A stretch of 64,000 nucleotides of DNA from Thermoanaerobaculia bacterium (GCA_947259725.1 CAMYNM010000001.1:136190-200189), one strand, 5' to 3'; numbered from the stretch's first letter, positions 48,740 through 61,421 are shown. The notes: generated by a model from the letters alone, not told the origin. Numbers and translations are program-made.

Positions 48740-48763
48740 CGCGTCCGGACGCTAGCAGGCGGA

Positions 48764-50845
48764 TCAGGCCCCCGCCAGCGGGGCCGCGCGTCGAGTCTCG
48801 GCTTCGAGGCGCTTCAAAAAGCTCGCGCCTTCCGCCGAACCCTGACGGACCAGTTCCCGCGCGTCTCGCCGAGCGGTCTCGATCCACTCGCGGTGGATCG
48901 CCAGATCGGTGATTCTGAGGTTCGAAACACCGGACTGGCGCGTCCCGAGCAGGTCGCCGGGGCCCCGAATCTCGAGATCGGCCTCGGCCAGCGCGAACCC
49001 GTCGGTCGTGGTCTCGAAGATCTCCAGCCGGCGTCGCGCGTCGTCGGTCAGCCGCCCGTGCACGGCAATGCAGGTCGAGCCCCGTTCTCCTCGGCCCACC
49101 CGACCGCGCAACTGGTGGAGCTGCGCCAGGCCGAAGCGCTCGGCGCTCTCGATCACCATGGTGGTGGCGTCGCTGACGTCGACACCTACCTCGACCAGGG
49201 TTGTTGCGATCAAGACCTGCGCGTCTCCCTTCGCGAACGCCTCCATCGTCGCCGATTTTTCCTCGGGAGCCATTCGCCCGTGGAGGACGAGCGGCCGATA
49301 GGAACTCAGACGATCGGCCAGGCGACGGCCCAGACCTTCCACCGCCGCGGCCTCCACCCGCTCGCTCTCCTCGATCAGCGGCAGAACGATGAACGCCCTG
49401 TTGCCGCGGTCCAGCTCCTCTTTCACTTGGAGATACGCCTCCCGCCGATGCTCCTCGGGCACCACCCGGGTCTTCACCGGGACTCGGCCGGGAGGCAACT
49501 CGTCGATGACCGACAGAGAAAGGTCGCCGTAGAGAGTCATCGCAAGGGAGCGCGGGATCGGGGTCGCGGTCATGACCAGAAGATCGGGGCGGCGCCCCTT
49601 GTCGAGGAGATTGCGCCGCTGGTCCACGCCGAAACGATGCTGTTCGTCGACCACCACCAGCCCGAGTCGTTGAAAGTCGACCGCGTCCTGCAGTAGCGCG
49701 TGAGTGCCCACCGCGATCGCCGCCCGGCCGGATCGCAAGTCGTCCCGCACCCCTGTGTTACCGGTCGCCGAGGTCACCAGGCGGAGGCCGTAGCCGTCAC
49801 CGAGAAGCTCGATCAGGCTGCGGTAGTGCTGTTCGGCAAGCAGCTCCGTGGGCGCCATGAGAACCGCCTGAAGCCGATTCTCGGCCGCCGCCGCCAAGGC
49901 GACTCCGGCCACCACCGTCTTGCCGCAGCCGACGTCTCCTTGCAGCAAGCGCTGCATCGGCGCGGGCCCCTCGAGATCGCCGAGAATCTCATCCAGCACC
50001 TTCTCTTGAGACGCCGTCAGCCGGAACGGCAATCGCGCCGTGATGGTGCGCCGGAGCTGTTCGAGTGAGACGTAGGTGTGGCTCTTACGGAGATCTCGCA
50101 CTCGACGGCGAGCTAGCGCGAGCTCGGCCTGATGGCGAAGCAGCTCACCGTAGACCAGGCGCGCATGGGACGGCGTGGAGCGCAGGTTCAACTGCTCGAC
50201 GTCGCTGTCCTCCGGCGGCGCCTGCAGGGCATGCAACGCCGACGACAGGTTCGGCAGGTGATTGCGTTCGAGTAGAGCCCGGGGAACCGTCTCAACGACC
50301 GTCTCCAGCACGCCGTCCGCGAGCGCCGCGCCGATCAGATTCCGAACCAAGGTCGGACCCACTGTCCCGAGCGCCGGATACACCGGTACGACCCGGTTGC
50401 CGAGACCGGCCTTCGCTCGCGATTCGAGACTCGGATTCAGAAGCTCGAGCACCTGTCCTCGCAGGCGGACCCGGCCGTGGAGCAGATACTCCTCCTCGGC
50501 ATTGAGGCTGCCGCCGAGATAGGGCCGGTTGAACCAGGCCACCGGAAGCGAGGCTTCACCCGCCTCCAGGGTCGCCCGGACCAGCGTCATGCGCCGGCGG
50601 TAGAGCCGCACCGTGGACACGCCGCTCAGCCGGCCGGCCACGGTGTAGGTCCCCTCGCCCCGAACCTCACCGAGCTCGGTGACCAGGCGGCGGTCCTCGT
50701 AGCGGATCGGCAGAGTCAACAGGAGATCTCGAATCGACTCGACGCCGGCTTCGCGCAACGAACGCTCTCGAGCCGGACCGACACCTTTGAGCCGGCTAAC
50801 GGAACTCGCCGCGGATAGAGCCTCGCGGCTCGAATCGTCGGGCAT
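48764..50845 (-). CDS. recG: ATP-dependent DNA helicase RecG
   Basis: LLQGDVGCGKT, DEQHRFG, MTATPIPR, QLHQLRGRVGRG, RGPGD. Confidence 0.97.
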   Translation of the reverse strand: MPDDSSREALSAASSVSRLKGVGPARERSLREAGVESIRDLLLTLPIRYEDRRLVTELGEVRGEGTYTVAGRLSGVSTVRLYRRRMTLVRATLEAGEASLPVAWFNRPYLGGSLNAEEEYLLHGRVRLRGQVLELLNPSLESRAKAGLGNRVVPVYPALGTVGPTLVRNLIGAALADGVLETVVETVPRALLERNHLPNLSSALHALQAPPEDSDVEQLNLRSTPSHARLVYGELLRHQAELALARRRVRDLRKSHTYVSLEQLRRTITARLPFRLTASQEKVLDEILGDLEGPAPMQRLLQGDVGCGKTVVAGVALAAAAENRLQAVLMAPTELLAEQHYRSLIELLGDGYGLRLVTSATGNTGVRDDLRSGRAAIAVGTHALLQDAVDFQRLGLVVVDEQHRFGVDQRRNLLDKGRRPDLLVMTATPIPRSLAMTLYGDLSLSVIDELPPGRVPVKTRVVPEEHRREAYLQVKEELDRGNRAFIVLPLIEESERVEAAAVEGLGRRLADRLSSYRPLVLHGRMAPEEKSATMEAFAKGDAQVLIATTLVEVGVDVSDATTMVIESAERFGLAQLHQLRGRVGRGERGSTCIAVHGRLTDDARRRLEIFETTTDGFALAEADLEIRGPGDLLGTRQSGVSNLRITDLAIHREWIETARRDARELVRQGSAEGASFLKRLEAETRRAAPLAGA

Positions 50846-50851
50846 GTGCGC

Positions 50852-51667
50852 TCAGACTGCGAACTCGAGCGTGACCAGACCGAACCGGACCCGATCTCCG
50901 GCGCTCAGCCGGGCGGGCACTCCGGTCTGCAGCCGATCCTCGTTGACGAACGTGCCGTTGGTCGTGCCGATGTCCTCGACCAGCAGGTAGCCACCCGCCT
51001 CCGAGATGATGCGGGCGTGACGACGACTGCAGGAGCGCTCCGGGTCGATCGGGGTCAGGTCGACCGTTGGCTTGACCCCGGTGATCGGATCCCGTCGGCC
51101 TATCGAGGACGTGTCCTCGAGGGTGAGCGGGAAGACCATGCCGGTGCCGGGATGCTCCAGCTTCGCGCCCTCGGCGACGTCTGTTGCGGACTCGACCACG
51201 TCCGTTTCACTCGGCTCTATCGCACCGGTCTGCGCCCCGCTGCCCACCTCCGCTCGGTTTGGAACCGTTGCGCCTCGTTCCAGCAGCAGCTCCTCCAGCC
51301 GCCGGATTCGCATCGACAGTTTGCGCATGATCCGCACCGCCACCTCGGGATCCTTCCGCAACAGGCGACTGAAGGTCGCTTCGTCGATTTGAACCAACTT
51401 GCAATCTTCAGCGGCGCGCGCCGACGCGGTTCGAGGCGCGCCCTCCAGAATCGCCATCTCACCGAAGAAGTCACCTCTTTCGAGTACCGCCAGGGGCGAC
51501 GAGTCGATGCCAGAGTTGACGATCTCGACCGAGCCTTCGTGAATGACGAACATCTCGGTGCCGAGATCTCCCTGCCTGAAGACATAGTCGCCGGCGGATA
51601 CGTTCACCACACGCTGGGGCGAGGCGGCCGCGCTCGTGGTCTTGAACCGGGCTTTGACCTTGGCCAC
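50852..51667 (-). CDS. cNMP-binding + FHA domain protein
   Basis: GDFFGEMA...PRTASA (CNB phosphate cassette); IGR...SRRHA...GTTNGTFVN (FHA). Confidence 0.88.
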   Translation of the reverse strand: MAKVKARFKTTSAAASPQRVVNVSAGDYVFRQGDLGTEMFVIHEGSVEIVNSGIDSSPLAVLERGDFFGEMAILEGAPRTASARAAEDCKLVQIDEATFSRLLRKDPEVAVRIMRKLSMRIRRLEELLLERGATVPNRAEVGSGAQTGAIEPSETDVVESATDVAEGAKLEHPGTGMVFPLTLEDTSSIGRRDPITGVKPTVDLTPIDPERSCSRRHARIISEAGGYLLVEDIGTTNGTFVNEDRLQTGVPARLSAGDRVRFGLVTLEFAV

Positions 51668-52564
51668 TCAGCGCCCCTGACAGGATTGGAGAACTCCGGC
51701 TTCGAGCCGGACCATTGCGCCAAGAGGCAGCGTGAAGTTGGGCCTGGCGTGTCCGCTCGCCAGGCCGCGGGCCGCGGGGCAGCCGAGCTCGCTCTCGAAC
51801 TCTCCGAGCAGCGTATGGAGCGCATCCGATTCAGGATCCGACTCGAGCAGCTCGATGCGACCGGCAACCATAGCGTTGATTTTCGAGAGGCTACCGGAGA
51901 GCCTCAACTGGGTCAACATTCGATCGAGCCGGTACACCGGCTCGGCCACGTCTTCCCAGAAGAGCACAGCGCCGTCGAGCGAAGTCGAGAACTCCGTGCC
52001 GGTAGTCGCGGCGAGCAAGCTCAGGCATCCGCCTTTGAGAATGCCCTCGGCGGAGCCGGCAAGCCCCTCGACCGGAAGCCGGAAGTCGAGCTCACCGGAC
52101 AACAGCTTCCACAGAGAGTCGCGCTCTCGATCCTCGAGACCCTCCGCCCACTCCACTGCGACCATCGGCCCATGAAAGGCGACCAGCCCGAGGCGGTCCA
52201 CCACCAGGTTCAGAAAAGGGGTGACGTCGGAATAGCCTACGTAGGCCCGCGGGATCTCCGAAAGTATCCGCCAGTCCAATCCCGGCAGCACGCGCAGAAT
52301 CCCGTGTCCGCCGCGGGCAAAGAAAATGGCCTTGACGCTCGGGTCGCGCGCCAGGGTCATGAAACCCTCGAGTCGCTGGTGGTCTTGCCCGGCAAAAGGA
52401 CCCACGCAGCAATGAAGATTGCTCGCCTTGACCGGCTCGAGGTGCAGGCCGCGCATGGCGTCCAGCCCTGCCTCCAGAGCCTCCGCTGCCACCGGCCCCG
52501 ACAGGGCAGCCACACCTACGCGATCGCCCTCGGAAAGCGGCGGGGGTAGTACCGCTGGCGTCAT
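51668..52564 (-). CDS. LD-carboxypeptidase (S66)
   Basis: RGGHG, GYSDVT, FHGPM, FWED, SGH. Confidence 0.9.
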   Translation of the reverse strand: MTPAVLPPPLSEGDRVGVAALSGPVAAEALEAGLDAMRGLHLEPVKASNLHCCVGPFAGQDHQRLEGFMTLARDPSVKAIFFARGGHGILRVLPGLDWRILSEIPRAYVGYSDVTPFLNLVVDRLGLVAFHGPMVAVEWAEGLEDRERDSLWKLLSGELDFRLPVEGLAGSAEGILKGGCLSLLAATTGTEFSTSLDGAVLFWEDVAEPVYRLDRMLTQLRLSGSLSKINAMVAGRIELLESDPESDALHTLLGEFESELGCPAARGLASGHARPNFTLPLGAMVRLEAGVLQSCQGR

Positions 52565-52596
52565 GATCAGATGTCGCGACGAATCGAGAAGCGGTC

Positions 52597-52990
52597 GGAG
52601 AGCTCGGTAAGCCGGATTTTGTCCCCGCCGAGGCGGGTGACGATCATTCCTCTGCGAGCGACGTTGCCGCCGCCCTCCAGCAACCTACCCGAAGACGCGG
52701 CTCCCGGAGAATACCTCCGAAAGCACTCGGGACGGGCGGCCCGAAATCGTCTCCCTATTCGGTCTTGCTCCACATGGGGTTTGCCGTGCCTCGTCCGTCG
52801 CCGTCCGAGCGGTGCGCTCTTACCGCACCGTTTCACCCTTGCCCGGATGGACGAACCACCCCGGCGGTCTATTCTCTGCTGCACTTTCCGTCGCGTCGCC
52901 GCGCCTCGCCGTTAGCGAGCATGTCGCCCGTAGGAGTCCGGACTTTCCTCTCCCGCCGCTAGCGACGAGAGCGATCGACTCGAACTCTCC
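52597..52990 (-). ncRNA. rnpB: RNase P RNA, type A
   Basis: GAGGAAAGTCCGGACTCC...AGTGCAGCAGA...GGTAAGAGCGCAC...GGCAAACCCC...GACAAAATCCGGCTTA; P1 GGAGAGTTCG/CGAGCTCTCC; TACAAT upstream. Confidence 0.96.
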
Positions 52991-53026
52991 AACCAGAGTC
53001 ATTGTACCCGGGACCGGGCGTGCCGA

Positions 53027-54475
53027 CTACCCGGACCGCGAGCTGCCGAGGATCTTCTTCCACCAAGGACTGGACTCTGGCTTTGCCTCGGCCGTGCTCT
53101 CGATGCGGTGAAGACCGCTGACGGCGCCCGAATGACCGGGCAGAATCGCGAGCGCAGCCTGATACTCGACTCTGGCCCGCGCCCGGTGACCGGTCTTCTC
53201 GTAGATCGCGCCGAGGTTCACGCGCAGGTCTGAATCCTCGGGGCTCAACTGGACGGCCCGTCCATAGCTGGCGATCGCCTTGTCGTACCACTGAGGATTC
53301 TGAGACTGGCAGTGGCCGAGCAGAGCGAAGTACTCAGACCGCGCCTCCATCCGAATCGCCTGATTCAGCAGCTCGATCGCGTAGTAGTAGTCCTGCCGGC
53401 TAACCAGCCCTTGGGCCATTCGAAAATTACGCGCGGCCAGCTCTTCGACCTCTTCCTTGCGCTTCTCCTCCGAAGGCGCGAACATCCCTCCCTCACTGAA
53501 CGCGCCCACGTCGCGCAGATACTGTCCGCGCCGGTCCTGGTCGCTGAGGGTCAAATAGGCCTCCGTGGCTCTCTCGAAGAGGAGATCGACCCCGGCCTCG
53601 CGGCCCCCGAGACCCAGAGCGGCCGCGTGCCTCGGATGAACCAGCCGCGCCAATCGGGTGTAGGCCGCGTGGATCTCGTCGGCGCTCGAGCCGACGCTGA
53701 CCCCGAGCAACTCGTAGTAGTTCATTCCTCCCAGCCGAGCCATGAGGTGGGCCAGTTTCTTGCGGTGTTCCTCGGGTTCCAGACTCAGCGGGTCACGGTC
53801 GAGTTCCTCCGCGATCCGCGCGTTGAAGCGCTCCAGCAACTTGGAGCTCAGCAGGGACCCTCGTCCACTGGTCTCGTACCGTCGGTGTGGACCGATCAGG
53901 CCGACCGCGGCCAGGCGACACAGCCGCCGCACGACCTCGGCCGAAACCAGGCCGGGTTGCCGCATCAGGTCCTTGATCGCGATGGGCCGTTCCAACCGGC
54001 TCAACAGAAACGCCTCTTCGGGGTCGAGATCGACTTCGCCGGCAAGCGAAGAATCCCGATAGGCGACAACCTCGACCTCCTCGCCTCCCAGGGAGCGCAA
54101 GAGCTGGAACTCGTCTCGTCCGCGCACGGATCCCGTCATGACCAGCGTCGCAGTCGAAATCGGGCCGACCAAATCGGTGGAGATCTCGGCGGTGCCTTCG
54201 GTGAAATGGTGGTTCGGGGCCCCCAGGGCGTCGAAGTAGTCCAAGACCTTTTCGATCCAGCCTTCCTCGGGTGAAGTTCCTGCACCCGGCGCGCCGGTTG
54301 CCTTGGCGAGCGCGTGGTCGCGGCTCAGATAGAGATCGCCGCCAACGAAGAAGAAACTGCGCTCGGATCCTCCGACCTCGACCGCAAGCTTGCCGGTCCG
54401 CCGGCGAAGCAGGGCCTCGCGAAGCATGGCGGGCAACGTCTGCGGCCCCTGCGCGTCGGCGCTCTCGGTGCTCAT
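53027..54475 (-). CDS. DUF4388-like + J-domain + TPR protein
   Basis: TGKL N-terminal domain; NYYELLGV...EIHAAY..LARLVHPR...AYLTLSD..RR..Y; three TPRs. Confidence 0.8.
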   Translation of the reverse strand: MSTESADAQGPQTLPAMLREALLRRRTGKLAVEVGGSERSFFFVGGDLYLSRDHALAKATGAPGAGTSPEEGWIEKVLDYFDALGAPNHHFTEGTAEISTDLVGPISTATLVMTGSVRGRDEFQLLRSLGGEEVEVVAYRDSSLAGEVDLDPEEAFLLSRLERPIAIKDLMRQPGLVSAEVVRRLCRLAAVGLIGPHRRYETSGRGSLLSSKLLERFNARIAEELDRDPLSLEPEEHRKKLAHLMARLGGMNYYELLGVSVGSSADEIHAAYTRLARLVHPRHAAALGLGGREAGVDLLFERATEAYLTLSDQDRRGQYLRDVGAFSEGGMFAPSEEKRKEEVEELAARNFRMAQGLVSRQDYYYAIELLNQAIRMEARSEYFALLGHCQSQNPQWYDKAIASYGRAVQLSPEDSDLRVNLGAIYEKTGHRARARVEYQAALAILPGHSGAVSGLHRIESTAEAKPESSPWWKKILGSSRSG

Positions 54476-54487
54476 ACGCTTGTGATC

Positions 54488-56302
54488 TTAGCGACTTTCC
54501 CGGCTCGCCGGCACATTCTGCAGGGACTGGTGAAGTCGCGACCCCAGGTTCTCTCCCAGCACCTCTTGCAGCTCGGTGAGCTCGGCGTTGCGCACGCCGG
54601 TCAGACTGCCGAATCTTCGGAGCAGCAGACGCCGGCGTTTAGGACCGATTCCGGGAACAACGTCGAGGCTGCTCTTGAGCACGTCACGGCGGCGGCGGCG
54701 GCGGTGCCGGTCGACCGCGAAACGGTGCGCCTCGTCCCGGATCATCTGCAGCAGCAGCAGCCCGGGGTCCTTGCGCGGCAATCGCTGAGGCTCCGGCCGG
54801 TCCACCATGTAGAGCTCTTCCTCTCGCTTGGCCAGGGCCACGACCGGCGTCTCCTCCACTCCGAGCTCAGCCAGGGCGCGCATCCCGGCATTCAGCTGGC
54901 CGCGGCCCCCGTCGATCAAGATCAGGTCGGGCATCTCCCCCACCTCGTCCAGCCGGCGCCGGTAGCGCCTGAAGATGGCCTCGCGGAGGGAAGCTGTGTC
55001 GTCCGGACCGTTCGCACCGCGGATGTTGAAACTGCGGTAGTCGGTCTTGCGCATCCTTCCGTCCTCGCACACCACCATCGAGGCGACCGTCTGGTCACCC
55101 TGAAAGTTCGAGATGTCGAAGCCTTCGATCCTCTGGGCGAGGCCATCGAGACCGAGATGCTCGCGAAGCGCCTCCAGTCCGGCGCGCGACGGCCCGCCGG
55201 CGCGGAACCGCCGTCGATGGGCCAGCGTGGCGTTTCTGTTGGCCAGCTCGATCCTCTGCGCCTTCGGGCCGCGCGCCGGGAGACGCACATAGACCTTCTC
55301 GCTCTTGCGGTCCGACAGCCACGCGGCGAGCTCTTCCTCGCCCTCGATCGGCACCGGAAGATGGACCTCTTTGGGTATGAACGTCGTACGATCATAAATC
55401 TGCGGCACCAGCTCTGAAAGAAGCCGCTCGGCGGTGATCTCGTCGGCTCCTTCCCAGAATATCTCCCGTCGGTCCAGAACCTGGCCGCCGCGCATCACCA
55501 GGATGACAACCGCCGCGTTGGCACCGCGCACCGCCACGCCGAAGATGTCCGCATCCTCACCACGGGTGGACGAGAGCTTCCTCCGCTGGCTGGCGCTTTC
55601 GACCTCCGCGATCAGGTCACGCAGCCGACCGGCCTCTTCGAACTCGAGGGAGTCGGACGCCGTCTTCATCGACCGGCGCAGGCTCCGCAAAAGCTCGTCG
55701 CTTCGACCTTGGAGAAAGAGCCTTGCCTCCGACACTGCGGTGGCGTACGCGTCCAGGCTGGTCAGCCCGCCGACGCACGGCCCCAGGCAGCGGCTCATGT
55801 CGTAGTAGAGGCAGGGCCTGGGCAGCTTGCCGTCGATCTCGATGGTACAGACTCGGATTTGAAACAGCTTCTGGATGAGCTTGATCGCTCGTCGGGCGAT
55901 GCCACCGGGCAGATACGGTCCGAAATACTCGCCGCCGTCGTTTCTGATCTTCCGGGTAAAGGCGATCCTCGGGTACTCGTCACCCATGGTCAGCTTCAGA
56001 TACGGATAGGTCTTGTCATCGCGCAGCAAGATGTTGTAGCGAGGCCGCTTGCGCTTGATCCAGTTGTTCTCGAGAAGGAGCGCTTCGGCTCCGCTGTCGG
56101 TGACCAGATAGTCCAGATCGCGGGCTGCGGAAAGCATCGCTTCGAGCCTCGGCTCGTGGCCCGCCTTGAGATAGCTGGCGACCCTCTTGCGTAGCGAGTT
56201 CGCCTTGCCGACATAGAGCGGGCGCCCGGAATCGTCCTTGAATATGTAGATTCCGGGCCGATCCGGCAGTGCCTTCACCTTGCTCGCGACGACCGCCTGC
56301 AT
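54488..56302 (-). CDS. uvrC: Excinuclease ABC subunit C
   Basis: PGIY...YVGKA GIY-YIG domain; EGFDIS, IDGGRGQ, RDEAHRFA, HhH. Confidence 0.97.
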   Translation of the reverse strand: MQAVVASKVKALPDRPGIYIFKDDSGRPLYVGKANSLRKRVASYLKAGHEPRLEAMLSAARDLDYLVTDSGAEALLLENNWIKRKRPRYNILLRDDKTYPYLKLTMGDEYPRIAFTRKIRNDGGEYFGPYLPGGIARRAIKLIQKLFQIRVCTIEIDGKLPRPCLYYDMSRCLGPCVGGLTSLDAYATAVSEARLFLQGRSDELLRSLRRSMKTASDSLEFEEAGRLRDLIAEVESASQRRKLSSTRGEDADIFGVAVRGANAAVVILVMRGGQVLDRREIFWEGADEITAERLLSELVPQIYDRTTFIPKEVHLPVPIEGEEELAAWLSDRKSEKVYVRLPARGPKAQRIELANRNATLAHRRRFRAGGPSRAGLEALREHLGLDGLAQRIEGFDISNFQGDQTVASMVVCEDGRMRKTDYRSFNIRGANGPDDTASLREAIFRRYRRRLDEVGEMPDLILIDGGRGQLNAGMRALAELGVEETPVVALAKREEELYMVDRPEPQRLPRKDPGLLLLQMIRDEAHRFAVDRHRRRRRRDVLKSSLDVVPGIGPKRRRLLLRRFGSLTGVRNAELTELQEVLGENLGSRLHQSLQNVPASRESR

Positions 56303-56319
56303 GATGGACCGCCCGCCGC

Positions 56320-58297
<1,978 letters not shown>

Positions 58298-58311
<14 letters not shown>

Positions 58312-58804
58312 GCGATGGACGAGCCAGTCCCCCCGGTCGGCGCGCCGACTCGGCCGGCGCGGGGGCGAATTCCTGGTCAGGCAAGCCCACCGCCGGCTTG
58401 CCGATGGTTTCGAGCACTTCGGTGAGCTCGCGCACCGTCTCCAGCCCGATCCGCTCGCGACTGTCGGGCGGCGACGCCATGAAACGCTGTAGCCGTTGTA
58501 TCGCGTGAGGATCGATGCGATTCTCGCGGATCGCGGTCCGCGCGGCCTCGAAGGCCGCGATCAGGCGTTGTCTGTCATCGGCACTCACCTCCTCCGACAG
58601 GTTGACCACGATCGCGTCTTCGTATTTGGTGAGCGTCCACTCGAGCATGCCGCGCACCTTGAACATGAAGATGCCCAAGGCCACGGCGAGAAGGACCAGA
58701 ACGGTCAGACAGCCGAAGACCGCCGGCTTGCCGCAGCCGCCGAGGTCGGCCGCCTTGGGCTCGAACGGCTCAGTGGAGTCCGGAGCCTGGAAGTCGCTTT
58801 CCAT
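58298..58804 (-). CDS. Single-TM hypothetical protein
   Basis: [10 protein letters not shown] followed by a TM helix and helical domain; overlaps the uvrB start. Confidence 0.65.
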
Positions 58805-58893
58805 GCGGTCCGATCCTATCGGACCGCGACCCATGATTGGACGCGACCGACCCGGCGTGACCACACGACATCGTCCCCTCCTATAATCGCCAC

Positions 58894-61296
58894 ATGCCGA
58901 GCGCATCCGTCGATCACCGGCCCTCGGGACCACGGCCGCAAGCGACCCGCTGGGTACGCCGAGTGGTGCCCGTGCTCGTGCTGGGCTTCTTGGGAGCGCT
59001 CCTGGGCGTCGGTTTCGCCTCGGTTATCAACATGCCTCGAGTGGAGTCGATCGCGGATTTCACGCCCGGCCAGATCACCCAGCTGTACGACAGCCAGGGC
59101 GAGCTCTTCGCGTCGTTCGCGAAGGAGCGCAGAGTTCTCCTGCAGGAGGGCGACGTGCCCGAACTGATCGAGAAGGCGGTGTTGGCGGCCGAGGACCGCA
59201 ACTTCCTGCAGCACGGTGGAGTCGATGCAGAGGGAGTCCTTCGAGCCGTGCTCCGCAATCTCACGAGCGGCCGAGGCAAGGCCTTCGGTGGTTCGACCAT
59301 CACCATGCAGCTCGCGCGACGGCTCTTTCTGAGTCCACAGAAGCTCTGGAAACGCAAGATCGAGGAGGCGTTGCTGGCGGTCGAGCTCGAGAAGAACTTC
59401 AGCAAAGAGCAAATCCTGACGCTCTATTGCAACTTCATGTTCCTCGGCCACGGTAACTACGGCATGGAATCCGCCGCGCGCTCGTACTTCGGCAAGGGCG
59501 CGGCGGAGCTCGACGCCGCCGAAGCGGCTACCCTGGTCGGAATACTCCAACGGCCGAGCGACTACAGCCCCTACAACCGGCCCGATTTGGTGGTGCAGAG
59601 GCGTGACTATGTCTTGCATCGGATGCTCGCCGAGGACTTCATCGACCAGGAGACTTTCGATGCCGCCATCGGCAAGCCGCTGCAGGTGCGCAGCGCCAGC
59701 CGCGAGCGCCAGCTGGCGCCCTACTTCGCCGAGGAGATCCGCAAGGGCCTCGAAGCGCGCCACGGCGCCAAGGCGGTTTTCGAGCAGGGCCTCCAAATCC
59801 AGACCACGCTCGACCGGCGAATTCAAGCGGCCGCCGAGGCGGCCCTGCGGTCCGGCCTGGCCAGGCTCGACCACAACAAGGGCTGGCGCGGAGCTCACGA
59901 TCGCCTCGAGCTCGGCGACGGGGATCCGTCCCTGGCGAGCTGGATCTCGGTGGACTACAAGCCGGGAGCCTGGAACGAGGGCGTCGTGACCGGTTTCGAA
60001 GGCGGCAATGCACGGGTGCGAATCGGAGAACGAGACTACCTGCTGCGACCCGAGGGGATGAAATGGACCCGGCGGGCGCGTCCTCGCGACATCCTGGCGA
60101 TCGGCGACGTCGCCTGGTTCAGGCTCCCTGACGAAGCGGGGTCGGGTCAGGTTTTTCTGGAGCAGGAGCCCGAGCTGGAGGGCGCGGCGCTGGTGATCGA
60201 GTCCGCGACCGGCGCCGTCCGCGCGATGGTCGGTGGCTGGAGCTTCGAGGACAGCAAGTTCAACCGGGCCACCCAGGCCCGCCGTCAGGTGGGATCCGCG
60301 TTCAAGCCGTTCGTCTTCGGAGCGGCGCTCGAGGCCGGCTTCACGCCCGCGGACACCTTCTTCGACGGCCCGGCCGCGTTCCCGGGACCGACCAACGAGC
60401 CGACCTACAGCCCGCGCAACTTCTATCGCACCTACTACGGCATCGCCACCATGAGAAGGGCGCTCGAGCTTTCAATGAACGTCACCGCGGTCAAGGTCCT
60501 CGATCTGGTCGGGGTGGAGCAGGTGATCGACTTTGCCCGCCGATCCGGAATCGAGTCCGAGATGCCGCCCTTTCCCAGCCTGGCGCTCGGGACCGCTGAT
60601 CTCACGCCGCTGGAGCTGACCGCGGCATATGCCTCGTTCCCGAATCAGGGCATCTATGTTCAGCCCTATCTGATCGAGAGCGTCGGTCTGCCGGACGGGC
60701 GCGTTCTGGAAGAGCACTCTACGCAAGCCCGCAAGGCTATGGAGCCCCAGATCGCCTACCTGCTGACCAACCTGCTCGCGGGCGTCGTCGATCGGGGTAC
60801 GGCGACCCTGGTCAAGGAGTTCGACCTCGATCTGGGCGGCAAGACCGGCACGACCGACGACTTCTCCGATGCCTGGTTCGTCGGTTTCAGTCCGCGCTAC
60901 ACGATGCTCACTTGGGTCGGCTACGACCTCAAAAAGCGAATCGGCAAGAACATGACCGGCGCTGTGGCCGCCCTGCCGATCTGGAAAGAGCTCATCGCGG
61001 CGGGCCTGCGCGACGGCTGGCTGACCTCCGAGGAGCGATTCAGCCGGCCGCCCGGTCTGTCCGACCTCGATGTCGAGTACTTCTCCGGCCTGGTGGCTCG
61101 GCCGGATTCGGAAAAGATCATTCACGAGGTCTTCATCCAAGGTACGGAGCCGGTCCTGCAGTACGATCCGAACTGGCAAAAGGTCTTCGTGCTGCCCTGG
61201 TACCAGCAGCGCGCCTACTACGTCGCCAAGGCCCGCGAGCGTATGCCCGAGGACGTCGAGGACTGGACGGCGATCCTCGAAGCCTGGGAAGAATAA
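58894..61296 (+). CDS. Class A penicillin-binding protein (PBP1A family)
   Basis: AEDRNFLQH, GSTITMQL, RKIEE, SAFK, SMN, KTG; TATAAT 6 nt before the ATG (possibly leaderless). Confidence 0.95.
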   Translation: MPSASVDHRPSGPRPQATRWVRRVVPVLVLGFLGALLGVGFASVINMPRVESIADFTPGQITQLYDSQGELFASFAKERRVLLQEGDVPELIEKAVLAAEDRNFLQHGGVDAEGVLRAVLRNLTSGRGKAFGGSTITMQLARRLFLSPQKLWKRKIEEALLAVELEKNFSKEQILTLYCNFMFLGHGNYGMESAARSYFGKGAAELDAAEAATLVGILQRPSDYSPYNRPDLVVQRRDYVLHRMLAEDFIDQETFDAAIGKPLQVRSASRERQLAPYFAEEIRKGLEARHGAKAVFEQGLQIQTTLDRRIQAAAEAALRSGLARLDHNKGWRGAHDRLELGDGDPSLASWISVDYKPGAWNEGVVTGFEGGNARVRIGERDYLLRPEGMKWTRRARPRDILAIGDVAWFRLPDEAGSGQVFLEQEPELEGAALVIESATGAVRAMVGGWSFEDSKFNRATQARRQVGSAFKPFVFGAALEAGFTPADTFFDGPAAFPGPTNEPTYSPRNFYRTYYGIATMRRALELSMNVTAVKVLDLVGVEQVIDFARRSGIESEMPPFPSLALGTADLTPLELTAAYASFPNQGIYVQPYLIESVGLPDGRVLEEHSTQARKAMEPQIAYLLTNLLAGVVDRGTATLVKEFDLDLGGKTGTTDDFSDAWFVGFSPRYTMLTWVGYDLKKRIGKNMTGAVAALPIWKELIAAGLRDGWLTSEERFSRPPGLSDLDVEYFSGLVARPDSEKIIHEVFIQGTEPVLQYDPNWQKVFVLPWYQQRAYYVAKARERMPEDVEDWTAILEAWEE

Positions 61297-61310
61297 ACAA
61301 AATTCTAAAC

Positions 61311-61340
61311 TTGACCCGATTCAATGAAAGCCGGTACAGT
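61311..61340 (+). promoter_or_regulatory. Putative sigma70 promoter with AT-rich UP-like region
   Basis: TTGACC-N18-TACAGT preceded by an A/T-rich tract. Confidence 0.5.
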
Positions 61341-61421
61341 CGAGGGGACGTCCCCGCCGATCACTCGCACTCGGCTAACTGCCCTTATCTAAAAGAGTTT
61401 CTCTCTGGAGGCCTGTCCCAA

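Noticed and set aside
52567-53002. Small ORFs over the rnpB locus
   Set aside because: The region is fully explained by the RNase P RNA.
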